The notes under the pieces are model-generated. The model worked only from the letters and a program-made list of their open reading frames with translations. It had not been told where the DNA came from and made no database searches. The position numbers and the translations under genes were made by a program. A DNA stretch of 64,000 nt from Pristiophorus japonicus (lineage: Eukaryota): the NCBI RefSeq assembly GCF_044704955.1, contig NC_091982.1, forward strand, positions 157,294,001-157,358,000, read 5' to 3'. How positions within the stretch are numbered: position 1 is the first letter of the stretch; each line of letters begins with the position of its first letter. Positions 38,975 to 50,546 of the stretch are shown piece after piece.

Positions 38975-41900
38975 GACAAAATTAAAAGCTCTATATCTAA
39001 ACGCACGCAGCATTCGTAATAAGATAGATGAGTTGACGACACAAGTAGAAATAAATGGGTATGATCTGATTGCCATTAGAGAGACATGGTTGCATGGTGA
39101 CCAAAAATAATAAGGGGTATTTGCCATTTCGTAAGGATAGGTAGAAAGGAAAAGGAGGTGGGTAGCTCTGTTAATAAGGGATGAGATCAGTGCAGTAGTG
39201 ATAAATGATATAGGCTCAGAAGATCAAGATGTAGAATCAGTTTGGGTGGAGATAAGAAATAATAAGGGTAAGAAGTCACTGGTGGGGGTGGTCTACAGGC
39301 CCCCAAGCAGTAGCCACACTGTAGGGCAGAGTATAAATCAAGAAATAATAGAGGCTTGTAAGAAAGCTACATCAATAATCATGGGCGATTTTAATCTTCA
39401 TTTTGATTGGACAAATCAAATTGGCAAAGGTAACCTGAAGGAAGAGCTCATAGAGTGTATGTGGGATGGTTTTTGGAACAATACGTTGTGGAACCAACCA
39501 GGGAGCAGACTATTTTAGATCTGGTAATGTGTAACGAGTCTGGATTAATTAATGATCTTGTAGTGAAGGATCCTCTTGGGAAGAGTGATCATAGCATAGT
39601 AGAATTTCAAATTCAGTTTGAGGGTGAGAAAGCTAGTTCTCAAACCAGTGTCCTGAATTTAAATAAAGGTAATTACAAAGGTACGAAGGCAAAGCTGGTT
39701 AAAGTGGATTGGGAAAATATATTAAAGGGTAAGACTATAGAAAAGCAGTGGCAAACATTTAGGTGATATTTCATAACTCTCAGCAAAGATATATTCTAGT
39801 GAGAAAGAAAGACTCAAAGAGAAGGAGGAACCATCCGTGGATATGTAATGAAATAAAGGATTGTATCAAATTGAAAACAAAGGCATACAATATTGTGAAG
39901 AATAGTGGAAGGCCAGAGGATTGGGAAATTTTCAGAAACCAGCAAAGAACAACTAAAAAAATGATAGTGAGAGAAGATAGCTTATGGGAGTAAACTAGCA
40001 AGAAATATAAAAACAGACAGTTAGAGCTTCGACAGGTACATAAAAAGGAAGCGAGTAGCCAAAGTACTGGGGAATTAATAATGGGAAACAGAGAAATGGT
40101 AGAGACTTTGAATGAATATTTTCTATTAGTCTTCACAGTGGAAGACACTAAAAGCATCCCAATTATTGAAAATCAAGGGGCTATTGGGGGGAGGGGGAAC
40201 TTAAAACAACCACTATCACTAGAGAAAAAGTACTAGGCAAACTAATGGGACTAAAGGTGGACAAGTCCCCTGAACCTGATGGCCTACATCCTAGGTCTTA
40301 AAAGAGGTGGCAGCAGAGATAGTGGATGCATTGGGTGTAATCTACCAAAATTCACTGGATTGTGGAAAGGTCCCAGCGGATTGGAAAACCGCAAATATAA
40401 CGCCCCTATTTAAGAAAGGAGGGAGACAGAAAGCAAGAAACTATAGACCAGTTAGCCGAATATCTGTCATTAGGAAAATGCTGGAGCCCATCATTAAGGA
40501 AGTAGTAGCAGGACATTTAGAAAATCATAATGCAGTCAAGCAGAATCAGCATGGTTTTATGAAAGGGAAATCATGTTTGACAAATTTGCTGGAGTTCTTT
40601 GAGGATATAACAAGCAGGGTGGATAAAGGGGAACCAGTAGATGTCGTGTATTTGAATTTTCAGAAAGCATTTGATAAGGTGCCACATAAAAGATTACTGC
40701 ACAAGATAACAGCTCACGTGGTTGGGGGTAATATATTAGCATGGATAGAGGATTGGCTAACTAACAGAAAGCAGAGTGTCGGGATAAATGGGTCATTTTC
40801 AGGTTGGCAAACTGTAACTAGTAGGGTGCCACAGGGATCAGTGCTGGGGCCTCAACTATTTACAATTTATATTAATAACTTGGATGAATGGACCGAGTAT
40901 AATGCAGCCAAATTTGCTGATGATGCAAAGAAAGGTGGGAAAGCAAGTTGTGAGGAGGACGCAAAGAATCTACAAAAGGATATAGATAGGCTACGTGAGT
41001 GAGCAAAAATTTGGCAGATGGAGTATAATGTGGGAAAATGTGAGGTTATCCACTTTGGTAGGAAAAATAAAAAATCTAATTATTTAAATAGGGAGAGATT
41101 ACAAAATGCGATGGAACAGAGGGATTTGGGGGTCTTTGTACATGAAACACAAAAAGATAGCATGCAGGTACAGCAAGTAATTAGGAAGGCAAATTGAATG
41201 TTGGCCTTTATTGCAAGGGGGATGGAGTATAAAAGTAGGGAAGTCCTGCTACAACTGTACAGGGTGTTGCTAAGACCACACCTGGAGTACTGTGTACAGT
41301 TTTGGTCTCCTTATTTAAGGAAGGATATATTTGCACTGGAGGCAGTTCAGAGAAGGTTCACGAGGTTGATTCCTGAGATGAAGAGGTTTTCATATGAAGA
41401 AAGGTTGAGCAGGTTGGGCCTATACTCATTAGAGTTTAGAAGACTTCTTCTGATCTTATTGAAATGTATAAGATTCTGAGGGGGCTTGACAGGGTAGATG
41501 CAGGGAGGATGTTTCTCCTCGTGGGGGAATCTAGAACGAGGGGTTCTAGAATCCCTAGTTTCAGAATAAAATTTAAATGGAAATGAGGAGGAATTTCTTC
41601 TCTCCTGGGTCATGAATCTTTGGAATTCTGTCCCTCAGCGAGCTGGTTCGTTGAATGTAGTTAAGATGGAAATAGACTGATTTTTGAAAGATAAGGGAGT
41701 CAAGGGTTATGGGACGTGTCATATATGTAGATGCTGTTTGTAGTCACTAGATGGTGTCATTGTTGGAGGCAACTGAGCAGCATGCACATGGTGCTGCTCT
41801 GGTATAAAAGGCCAGCCATTTTGTGAGTCAGGCACTTTGGGCCTAAATAAAGCAGAAGCAAGGTTGTACCTTGCTTAGTTAAACAGTACTCAGTTTGAAC

Positions 41901-42050
41901 CTTTATTGCATACATAACAGAAAGTGGGCAGAGAAGTGGAGTTGAGGCCAGGATCAGATCAGCCATGATCTTATAGAATGTTGGAGCAGGCTCGAGGGGC
42001 CAAATGGCCTACTCCTGTTCCTGTTTCTTATGCTCTTATGTTGTTATGTT
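38975..42050 (+). mobile_element. CR1 LINE ORF2 (EN+RT), multiply disrupted
   Basis: ORFs 38904-39110, 39198-39518, 39455-39766, 40307-41002, 41198-41479 carry consecutive EN/RT motifs; TTCTTATG tail. Confidence 0.93.
41717..41919 (+). mobile_element. Short solo LTR (203 bp) inside CR1 3' end
   Basis: TGTCATATATG...CATACATAACA inverted termini (9/11); TATAAAA then AATAAA; interrupts GGTTATGGG..GTGGGCAG of the LINE; TSD not clean. Confidence 0.68.
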
Positions 42051-42454
42051 CCTTTTGAAAGTTACTATTGAATTAGCTTCCAACACCCTCAGGCAATGCA
42101 TTCTAAATCATAACCAGTTGCTGTGTAAAAAACATTTCTCCTCCTCTTGCCCTTGGTAATTTTGCTAATTATCTTAAATCTGTGTCCTTGGGTTATCAGC
42201 CCTTCTACCAGTGGAAACATTTTACCCCTCGCTACTTTTATCAAAACTCTTCAAAAGTTTGAACATCTCGATTAAATCTAGCCTTTATCGTCTCTGCTCT
42301 AAGGAGAACAATTCCAGCTTCTCTAGTTTCTCCACATAACTGAAATCCCACATCCCTGGTACAATCTAGTAAACCTCCTCTACAGCCTCTCAGACCACCC
42401 CTCAATTTCCTAAACTCAAAGGAATACAAGCCAAATTTATGCAACTTGTCCTCA

Positions 42455-45400
42455 TATGGCAGGGGGATGGGAACCAATGCAGGGAGACAGAAGGAAACAA
42501 AAAGGAGACAAAAGCAAAAGATAGAAAGGAGATGAGGAAAAGTGGAGGGCAGAGAAACCCAAGGCAAAGAACAAAAAGGGCCACTGTATAGCAAAATTCT
42601 AAAAGGACAAAGGGTGTTAAAAAAAAACAAGCCTGAAGGCTTTGTGTCTTAATGCAAGGAGTATCCGTAATAAGGTGGATGAATTAACTGTGCAAATAGA
42701 TGTTAACAAATATAATGTGATTAGGATTACAGAGACGTGGCTCCAGGATGATCAGGGCTGGGAACTCAACATCCAGGGGTATTCAACATTCAGGAAGGAT
42801 AGAATAAAAGGAAAAGGAGGTGGGGTAGCATTGCTGGTTAAGGAGGAGATTAATGCAATAGTTAGGAAGGACATTAGCTTGGATGATGTGGAATCTATAT
42901 GGGTAGAGCTGCAGAACACCAAAGGGCAAAAAATGTTAGTGGGAGTTGTGTACAGACCTCCAAACAGTAGTAGTGATGTTGGGGAGGGCATCAAACAGGA
43001 AATTAGGGGTGCATGCAATAAAGGTGCAGCAGTTATAATGGGTGACTTTAATATGCACATAGATTGGGCTAACCAAACTGGAAGCAATACGGTGGAGGAG
43101 GATTTCCTGGAGTGCATATGGGATGGTTTTCTAGACCAATATGTCGAGGAACCAACTAGGGGGGAGGCCATCTTAGACTGGGTGTTGTGTAATGAGAGAG
43201 GATTAATTAGCAATCTCGTTGTGCGAGGCCCCTTGGGGAAGAGTGACCGTAATATGATGGAATTCTGCATTAGGATGGAGAATGAAACAGTTAATTCAGA
43301 GACCATGGTCCAGAACTTAAAGAAGGGTAACTTTGAAGGTATGAGGCGTGAATTGGCTAGGATAGATTGGCGAATGATACTGAAGGGGTTGACTGTGGAT
43401 GGGCAATGGCAGACATTTAGAGACCGCATGGATGAACTACGACAATTGTACATTCCTGTCTGACGTAAAAATAAAAAAGGGAAGGTGGCTCAACCGTGGC
43501 TATCAAGGGAAATCAGGGATAGTATTAAAGCCAAGGAAGTGGCATACAAATTGGCCAGAAATAGCAGCGAACCCGGGGACTGGGAGAAATTTAGAACTCA
43601 GCAGAGGAGGACAAAGGGTTTGATTAGGGCAGGGAAAATGGAGTACGAGAAGAAGCTTGCAGGGAACATTAAGACGGATTGCAAAAGTTTCTATAGGTAT
43701 GTAAAGAGAAAAAGGTTAGTAAAGACAAACATAGGTCCCCTGCAGTCAGAATCAGGGGAAGTCATAACTGGGAACAAAGAAATGGCGGACCAATTGAACA
43801 AGTACTTTGGTTCGGTATTCACTAAGGAGGACACAAACAACCTTCCGGATATAAAAGGGGTCAGAGGGTCTAGTAAGGAGGAGGAACTGAGGGAAATCTT
43901 TATTAGTCAGGAAATTGTGTTGGGGAAATTGATGGGATTGAAGGCCGATAAATCCCCAGGGCCTGATGGACTGCATCCCAGAGTACTTAAGGAGGTGGCC
44001 TTGGAAATAGCGGATGCATTGACAGTCATTTTCCAACATTCCATAGACTCTGGATCAGTTCCTATCGAGTGGAGGGTAGCCAATGTAACCCCACTTTTTA
44101 AAAAAGGAGGGAGATAGAAAACAGGGAATTATAGACCGGTCAGCCTGACATCGGTAGTGGGTAAAATGATGGAATCAATTATTAAGGATGTCAGAGCAGC
44201 GCATTTGGAAAGAGGTGACATGATAGGTCCAAGTCAGCATGGATTTGTAAAAGGGAAATCATGCTTGACAAATCTTCTGGAATTTTTTGAGGATGTTTCC
44301 AGTAGAGTGGACAAGGGAGAACCAGTTGATGTGGTATATTTGGACTTTCAGAAGGCTTTCGACAAGGTCCCACACAAGAGATTAATGTGCAAAGTTAAAG
44401 CACATGGGATTGGGGGTAGTGTGCTGACATGGATTGAGAACTGGTTGTCAGACAGGAAGCAAAGAGTAGGAGTAAATGGGGACTTTTCAGAATGGCAGGC
44501 AGTGACTAGTGGGGTACCGCAAGGTTCTGTGCTGGGGCCCCAGCTGTTTACACGGTACATTAATGATTTAGACGAGGGGATTAAATGTAGTATCTCCAAA
44601 TTTGCGGATGACACTAAGTTGGGTGGCATTGTGAGCTGCGAGGAGGATGCTATGAGGCTGCAGAGCGACTTGGATAGGTTAGGTGAGTGGGCAAATGCGT
44701 GGCAGATGAAGTATAATGTGGATAAATGTGAGGTTATCCACTTTGGTGGTAAAAACAGAGAGACAGACTATTATCTGAATGGTGACAGATTAGGAAAAGG
44801 GGAGGTACAACGAGACCTGGGTGTCATGGTACATCAGTCATTGAAGGTTGGCATGCAGGTACAGCAGGCGGTTAAGAAAGCAAATGGCATGTTGGCCTTC
44901 ATAGCGAGGGGATTTGAGTACAGGGGCAGGGAGGTGTTGCTACAGTTGTACAGGGGCTTGGTGAGGCCACACCTGGAGTATTGGGTACAGTTTTGGTCTC
45001 CTAACCTGAGGAAGGACATTCTTGCTATTGAGGGAGTGCAGCGGACTGATTCCCGGAATGGCGGGACTGACCTATCAAGAAAGACTGGATCAACTGGGCT
45101 TGTATTCACTGGAGTTCAGAAGAATGAGAGGGGACCTCATAGAAACGTTTAAAATTCTGATGGGTTTAGACGGGTTAAATGCAGGAAGAATGTTCCCAAT
45201 GTTGGGGAAGTCCAGAACCAGGGGTCACAGTCGAAGGATAAGGGGTAAGCCATTTAGGACCGAGATGAGGAGAAACTTCTTCACCCAGAGAGTGGTGAAC
45301 CTGTGGAATTCTCTACCACAGAAAGTTGTTGAGGCCAATTCACTAAATATATTCAAAAAGGAGTTAGATGAAGTCCTTACTACTAGGGGGATCAAGGGGT

Positions 45401-45527
45401 ATGGCGAGAAAGCAGGAATGGGGTACTGAAGTTGCATGTTCAGCCATGAACTCATTGAATGGCGGTGCAGGCTAGAAGGGCCGAATGGCCTACTCCTGCA
45501 CCTATTTTCTATGTTTCTATGTTTCTA
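42455..45527 (+). mobile_element. CR1 LINE, ORF2 nearly complete (few stops, one short deletion), inserted in older antisense CR1 fragments (42060-42454, 45528-45720)
   Basis: ORFs 42642-43463, 43485-44117, 44157-45152, 45022-45429; (TTTCTATG)3 tail. Confidence 0.95.
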
Positions 45528-46549
45528 TAAATTAATCCTCAAAGCCCGGGTATCATTCTGCGCTGCACCCCCTCAATCCATAAATATATCAATATATCCT
45601 TCCTGAGGTGCGGTGCCCAAAACTGAACACAGTACTTCAGATGGGGTCTGACCAATGCTCTATACAACTGAAGCATAACTTCCTCCCTTTTATAATCATG
45701 ACCCCTTGAGATAAAGATGCTGGATATAAGAGTGAATGGTGTGAATGAGAACATTTTGAAAATCTTAATCAAACTGAGGGTGGATTGACCACAAGTCCAT
45801 GTGATGTAGCATGCACTGACATTATTCTGTCATGGAGAATACACGGTCATTGTCAGGACTATCGAGCACAGATTTATTGGCTTGTTTAGATCTCCTATCT
45901 CTAGGATTTTCATTGCGGGCGGCACGGTTGCTTAGGGAACATTGCTCAGCGCATAATAGATGAGAACCCAGCTGTGTTCAGCAAAAACACTCAGTGCATT
46001 TGGGGATCAATATGCATGGTACCTTTGTGCAGTAACAGAGTACACTAAACACCAAATAAAGCAAAGAGACTTCCGATGAATGCGTAAACAGCGCCATTAA
46101 TCTTAACAAAAGGTTTTTATCAGCCTGTTTTCAAAAGGAACAAAACAGTTAAGATTTCAGCTTGGTCCAGGCACACTGCGAGTATAGCTCTCTCTTTTCT
46201 TTACTGACTCTCACCATCTATGAGATATTGGGCCCGAAATTCAGTACCGCTGGAAAGTTGGTGCTCCCCCAACCTTTTTGTGGCCATTAGTGCTGAAATT
46301 TTTATGTGGTTGGGCCACCCCATATTCAGCTCCAATAGTGAACAAATGGGTCCCAGCACTAATGAACCCTTCCAAAGTGGATTTTTCAGCAGTGTGGCTG
46401 TCTTAATTTGAGCGTTATCACCACTGAGAAATTCAGCATGGAGGTAAGGGTTTCTAATGAGCCAGCTGCTCCTGGCCTTTTTAAAGGTCAGGTTTTGCAA
46501 CAAGGCCCTGAGCGGGGAAGCAGTTTGGAAGGATGGCTGGTGTAAGAGG

Positions 46550-47277
46550 TGTCAACGAGACCTGGGTATCATGGTTCATCAGTCATTGAAAGTTGGCATG
46601 CAGGTACAGCAGGCGGTGAAGAAGGCAAATGGTATGTTGACCTTCATAGCTAGCAGATTTGAGTATAGGAGCAGGGAGGTCTTACTGCAGTTGTACAGGG
46701 CCTTGGCGAGGCCTCACCTGAAATATTGTGTTCAGCTTTGGCCTCCTAATCTGAGGAAGGACGTTCTTGCTATTGAGGGAGTGCAGCGAAGGCTCAGCAG
46801 ACTGATTCCCGGGATGGCTGGTCTGACATATGAGGAGAGACTGGATCAACTGGGCCTTTATACACTGGAGTTTAGAAGGATGAGAGGGGATCTCATAGAA
46901 ACTTACAAGATTCTAACGGGACTGGACAGGTTAGATGCGGGAAGGATGTTCCCGATGAATGTCCCAGAACCAGGGGACACAGTCTTAGAATAAGGGATAG
47001 GCCATTTAGGACTGAGATGAGGAGAAACTTCTTCACTCAGAGAGTTGTTAACCTGTGGAATTCCCTGCCGCAGAGAATTGTTGATGCCAGTTCATTGGAT
47101 ATATTCAAGAGGGAGTTAGATATGGCCCTTACGGCTAAAGGAATCAAGGGATATGGAGAGAAAATAGGAAAGGGGTACTGAGGGAATGATCAGCCATGAT
47201 CTTATTGAATGGTGGTGCAGGCTCAAAGGGCCGAACGGCCTACTCCTGCACCTAGTTTCTATGTTTCTATGTTTCTA
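46550..47277 (+). mobile_element. CR1 3' fragment
   Basis: [28 protein letters not shown]; TTTCTATG tail. Confidence 0.9.
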
Positions 47278-47279
47278 TC

Positions 47280-47612
47280 ATGGATAATGGAGTGAGTCTG
47301 GGATAACAGAGTGAGTCTGGAATAATGGAATGAGTCTGGGATAATGGAGAGCGAGTGAGTCTGGGATAATGGAGAGCAGAGTGAGCCTGGAATAACAAAG
47401 AAATAGAGAACAGTATGAACCTGGCATAGCAGGAAGCATACAGCAGATTGAAATGGGAATAACGGAGAAACAGAAAGCAGAGTGAACCTAGAGTAACAGG
47501 AAGCAGAGAGCAGAACAACTCTGGATTAATAGACAGAAATGAGTTTAGAATAAAAGACAGCAGAGTAAGACTGGAATAACATAGAAACAAATTGCAGAGT
47601 GAGCTTGGAACA
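47280..47612. repeat. Degenerating minisatellite (GAGTGAGTCTGGGATAATGGA-like)
   Basis: Clean copies at 47290-47375 lengthening and decaying rightwards. Confidence 0.75.
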
Positions 47613-47619
47613 ACAATAA

Positions 47620-49235
47620 ATGTCATTTATATAGTACCGTTAACATAGAAAAATGTCCCAAAGCATGTTACAGAGGCTTAAGGAAAAATGGACAGTGAGC
47701 CAAATAAGGAGATATTAGGAGGGATAACCAAAAGTTTGGTCAGAGATGAGCTATAAGGAGGGGAACGAGGTGGGAAGTGGATTCATTTCGGGAGGGATTT
47801 CCAGAATGTGGGGCCTAGGTAGCTGAAGGCAAGACTGTCAATGGAGGGATGAAGGAAAGAGTGATTGCACAGTAGGTCAGAGTCAAGAAAAACAGAGAGC
47901 TCCTGGCAGGAGGTATTATTATGTTGGGGGGGGAACACAGAGATAGGGAGGGCAAGACCATGAAGGGATTTAAACACAGCTAGGAGAATTTTACATTTGA
48001 CCTGTTGGGGGACTGGGAGCCAACTTAGGTCAGTGAGGCCAGGGGTGAGCGGGACATGGTACGGGATGGGATATAGGCAGCAGATGAGTTGAAGGTATTG
48101 GAGGGTGGAGGATGTAGGATGTGGAGGAGGGTCCCCAAGAATTATTGGACAATATCTGGACATTGCGTTTTAATATTTTCTCACTGCAGAAAAAAACTGG
48201 AAGCCTATTTGTGGGAGGGGCCCAGGTACTTTTCCACGCTGGTCTGGGCAGACAATGGCCAGGATAGGGTAACTCACCACAGGTAATGGGGGAATGGGGG
48301 GTCCATTGTTAAGCAATATGAACTCGTCAGAGTTAGTTCAGATATGAACTGATCAGTGATTAGAGCCATTACCTGGAATGAGATAACCCTGAGAGGCGGG
48401 AAACCAGAACAAAAGAAAGCCATTAAGCCCCAGACCAGTCGGAAGCGAAAACCCATCACTGGACTCAAAACAGGAAGCCTCGAAACAAGGAAAAAACTTT
48501 ATTGGGCCAGAAGAAGCCACACAAACAGGAAGTCTCGAAACAAGGAAAAACTTTATTCGGCCTGAAAAGACACAGTGTGGGGATATAAAAGGGGCCATGT
48601 GGCCACAGCTCTCTCTCTCTTGCTCTCACTGCTTCACCTCTACAAGAACCGAGCACTCCGCATGGGACGGAGAGAAGAAAGCAGAAGAGACACGTTTTTA
48701 CCAGGAGAAGCAGTGAGCAAGCCCTTGCTTTGCTAGTGTGTGTGTGTGTGCGCTGCTGCAGCCGCTGTCTCTCGCGGCCGCCGCTGACATTGGGAATGGG
48801 GGCAGGGCCGGCACCAGGTTCCAGGCGCAGAACCTGTACATGCATGCTGGTAATGTCCAAAATCTTTTGTTACTGTTTGTAGCTGATTGTATTGATTCAT
48901 TAAAGTTTAAAATGTAGACTCACCCTAACGGAAAAATCATTTACCCGGAATAGCCCAATCCCCGAGGGATCCGGATAATCGAGACTTGCCTGTATTATAC
49001 TACCGGAATGTGTTCTTACTGGGTGCAGGTGTGTTTTAACTTGAATAAAGCATTGCCGGTTGAGACCGGGGTATTTGTCCGTGACTCACTCATCTGTTCA
49101 GTAATCACTCCCAGGTTTAGAACTATTGTAACATAGGGGTGCGTCGAATACACCTAAGGGAAACCACTTACAGGATGGAAGGCCAGCCAGGAGAACGTTG
49201 GAGTACTGAAACCTGGAGATGGCAAAGATATTGTT
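47620..49235 (-). mobile_element. L2-type LINE fragment split by a solo LTR
   Basis: ORF 47783-48163 contains LTDLSWLPVPQQVKCKILLAVFKSLHGLA and AFSYLGPTFWKSLP; resumes after 49172. Further L2 pieces near 10270-10400, 27690-28130, 49560-49755. Confidence 0.75.
48122..49172 (+). mobile_element. Solo LTR (about 1.05 kb)
   Basis: TG...CA with GGATG on both sides (48117-21, 49173-77; alternative start TGTAGG at 48113); duplicated 40-bp motif 48469-48562; TATAAAA 48584-90; AATAAA 49044-49. Confidence 0.75.
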
Positions 49236-50106
49236 AAGTGGAGATATTATTAAGTGTAATAATGTATTATACTTTACATTTTTCTTTATTTCTGTCAGGT
49301 CCTATATACCCCCAATCAATAACACGTTAGACAATTTTAGCAATTGTGTAAAGTGGGAAATACAAGAAGAATGAAGACTTATGAGCTATCCATTCCTTTT
49401 GTGCCATGTCTGCAAAGCCACACATTAATTTCAATTTAAGGGTGAAGGGAGCTGACCATATATGTTTTAAATGTTAAGGTTGCATTGAATGCAAATTGGA
49501 CTCTCTGCCACTTCACAATTCAGAGTGATTATTTGCAACAGTTTTTTGTGTGAAAGAGATTACTGAGATAGGGAGGGGCGAGGCCATGGAGGGATTTGTA
49601 AATAAGGATGAGAATTTTGAAATTGAGGTGTTGGTTAACCGGGTGCCAATGTAGATCAGCGAGCACAGGGGTGATAGATGAGTGAGACTTGGTGCAAGTT
49701 AGGATACGGGCTGCCGAGTTTTGAATGACCTCAAGTTTACGCAGGGTAGAATGTGGTAGAATTCAGTCGCACATGCGCAATGCAACATAGGAGGAAGCCA
49801 GAAGTGGTGTCGACCACGAGCCACATGGAGCTGCTTCTCGGGCTTTTGGATTATCTCCAGGACCTTTGCTTAAAATATTGCTGTGATTATCTACAAGAAA
49901 ATTTTTGCTGCCTTCTGAGAGAGCAAAAATCAGAGGTAGTGGGAGAGAGACTGGGAGGAAGATGTCAAAACCCTACAGATAAAACATACCTTGGTAAGCA
50001 GGAAAGGGGTACTGAAGTTGCATGATCAGCCATGATCATATTGAATGGTGGAGCAGGCTCGAAGGGCCGAACGGCCTACTCCTGCACCTATTTTCTATGT
50101 TTCTAT

Positions 50107-50305
50107 GAGAGAGACTGGGGAGAGAGAGAGATAGAGAGTGGAGCAGCGAGAGAGATTGGGTAGAGACTGGAGAGAGAGATACTGGGGAGAGAAAGAATGA
50201 GGCAGAAAGAGAGAGTGAGCAGAGAGAGAGGCTGGGAGAGAGAGAGAGAGAGAGCAAGGCTGGGGAGAGGGAGAGAGTGGGGTAGAGAGAGACTGAGGGG
50301 AGAGT
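50107..50305. repeat. (GA)-rich low-complexity tract after a CR1 tail (49995-50106)
   Basis: GAGAGA and CTGGGAGAGAG runs. Confidence 0.85.
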
Positions 50306-50436
50306 GAGCTCCTGTCTGGAGTCTGCAGTCAGAATGGCTCAAATTACACTTTGCAAAGTCACTGATTACATACGCAAGGCGGTGCTAATTACACATTCCA
50401 GAGAAACTACTGGGTGTGTTTTGTCTTCCAAGGTGA

Positions 50437-50546
50437 CCAATCAGCAATCAGGTCACGTGATCAAGGGAACCCAATCAGAGCATTTTTCTGTTGCAAATAA
50501 GCGGTCCTTCACAATTTCCCACCTTCTGTAGGAAGGAAGATGGCGG
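50437..50546 (+). promoter_or_regulatory. Promoter-like motif cluster
   Basis: CCAATCAG at 50437 and 50471, GTCACGTGA E-box 50452-60, AAGATGGCGG (YY1-like) 50537-46; motif match only. Confidence 0.35.

Noticed and set aside
42752-43453. Long ORFs antisense to LINE ORF2 (also 32053-32661, 22349-22759, 60001-60501)
   Set aside because: Shadow frames of CR1 coding sequence, recurring in each copy.
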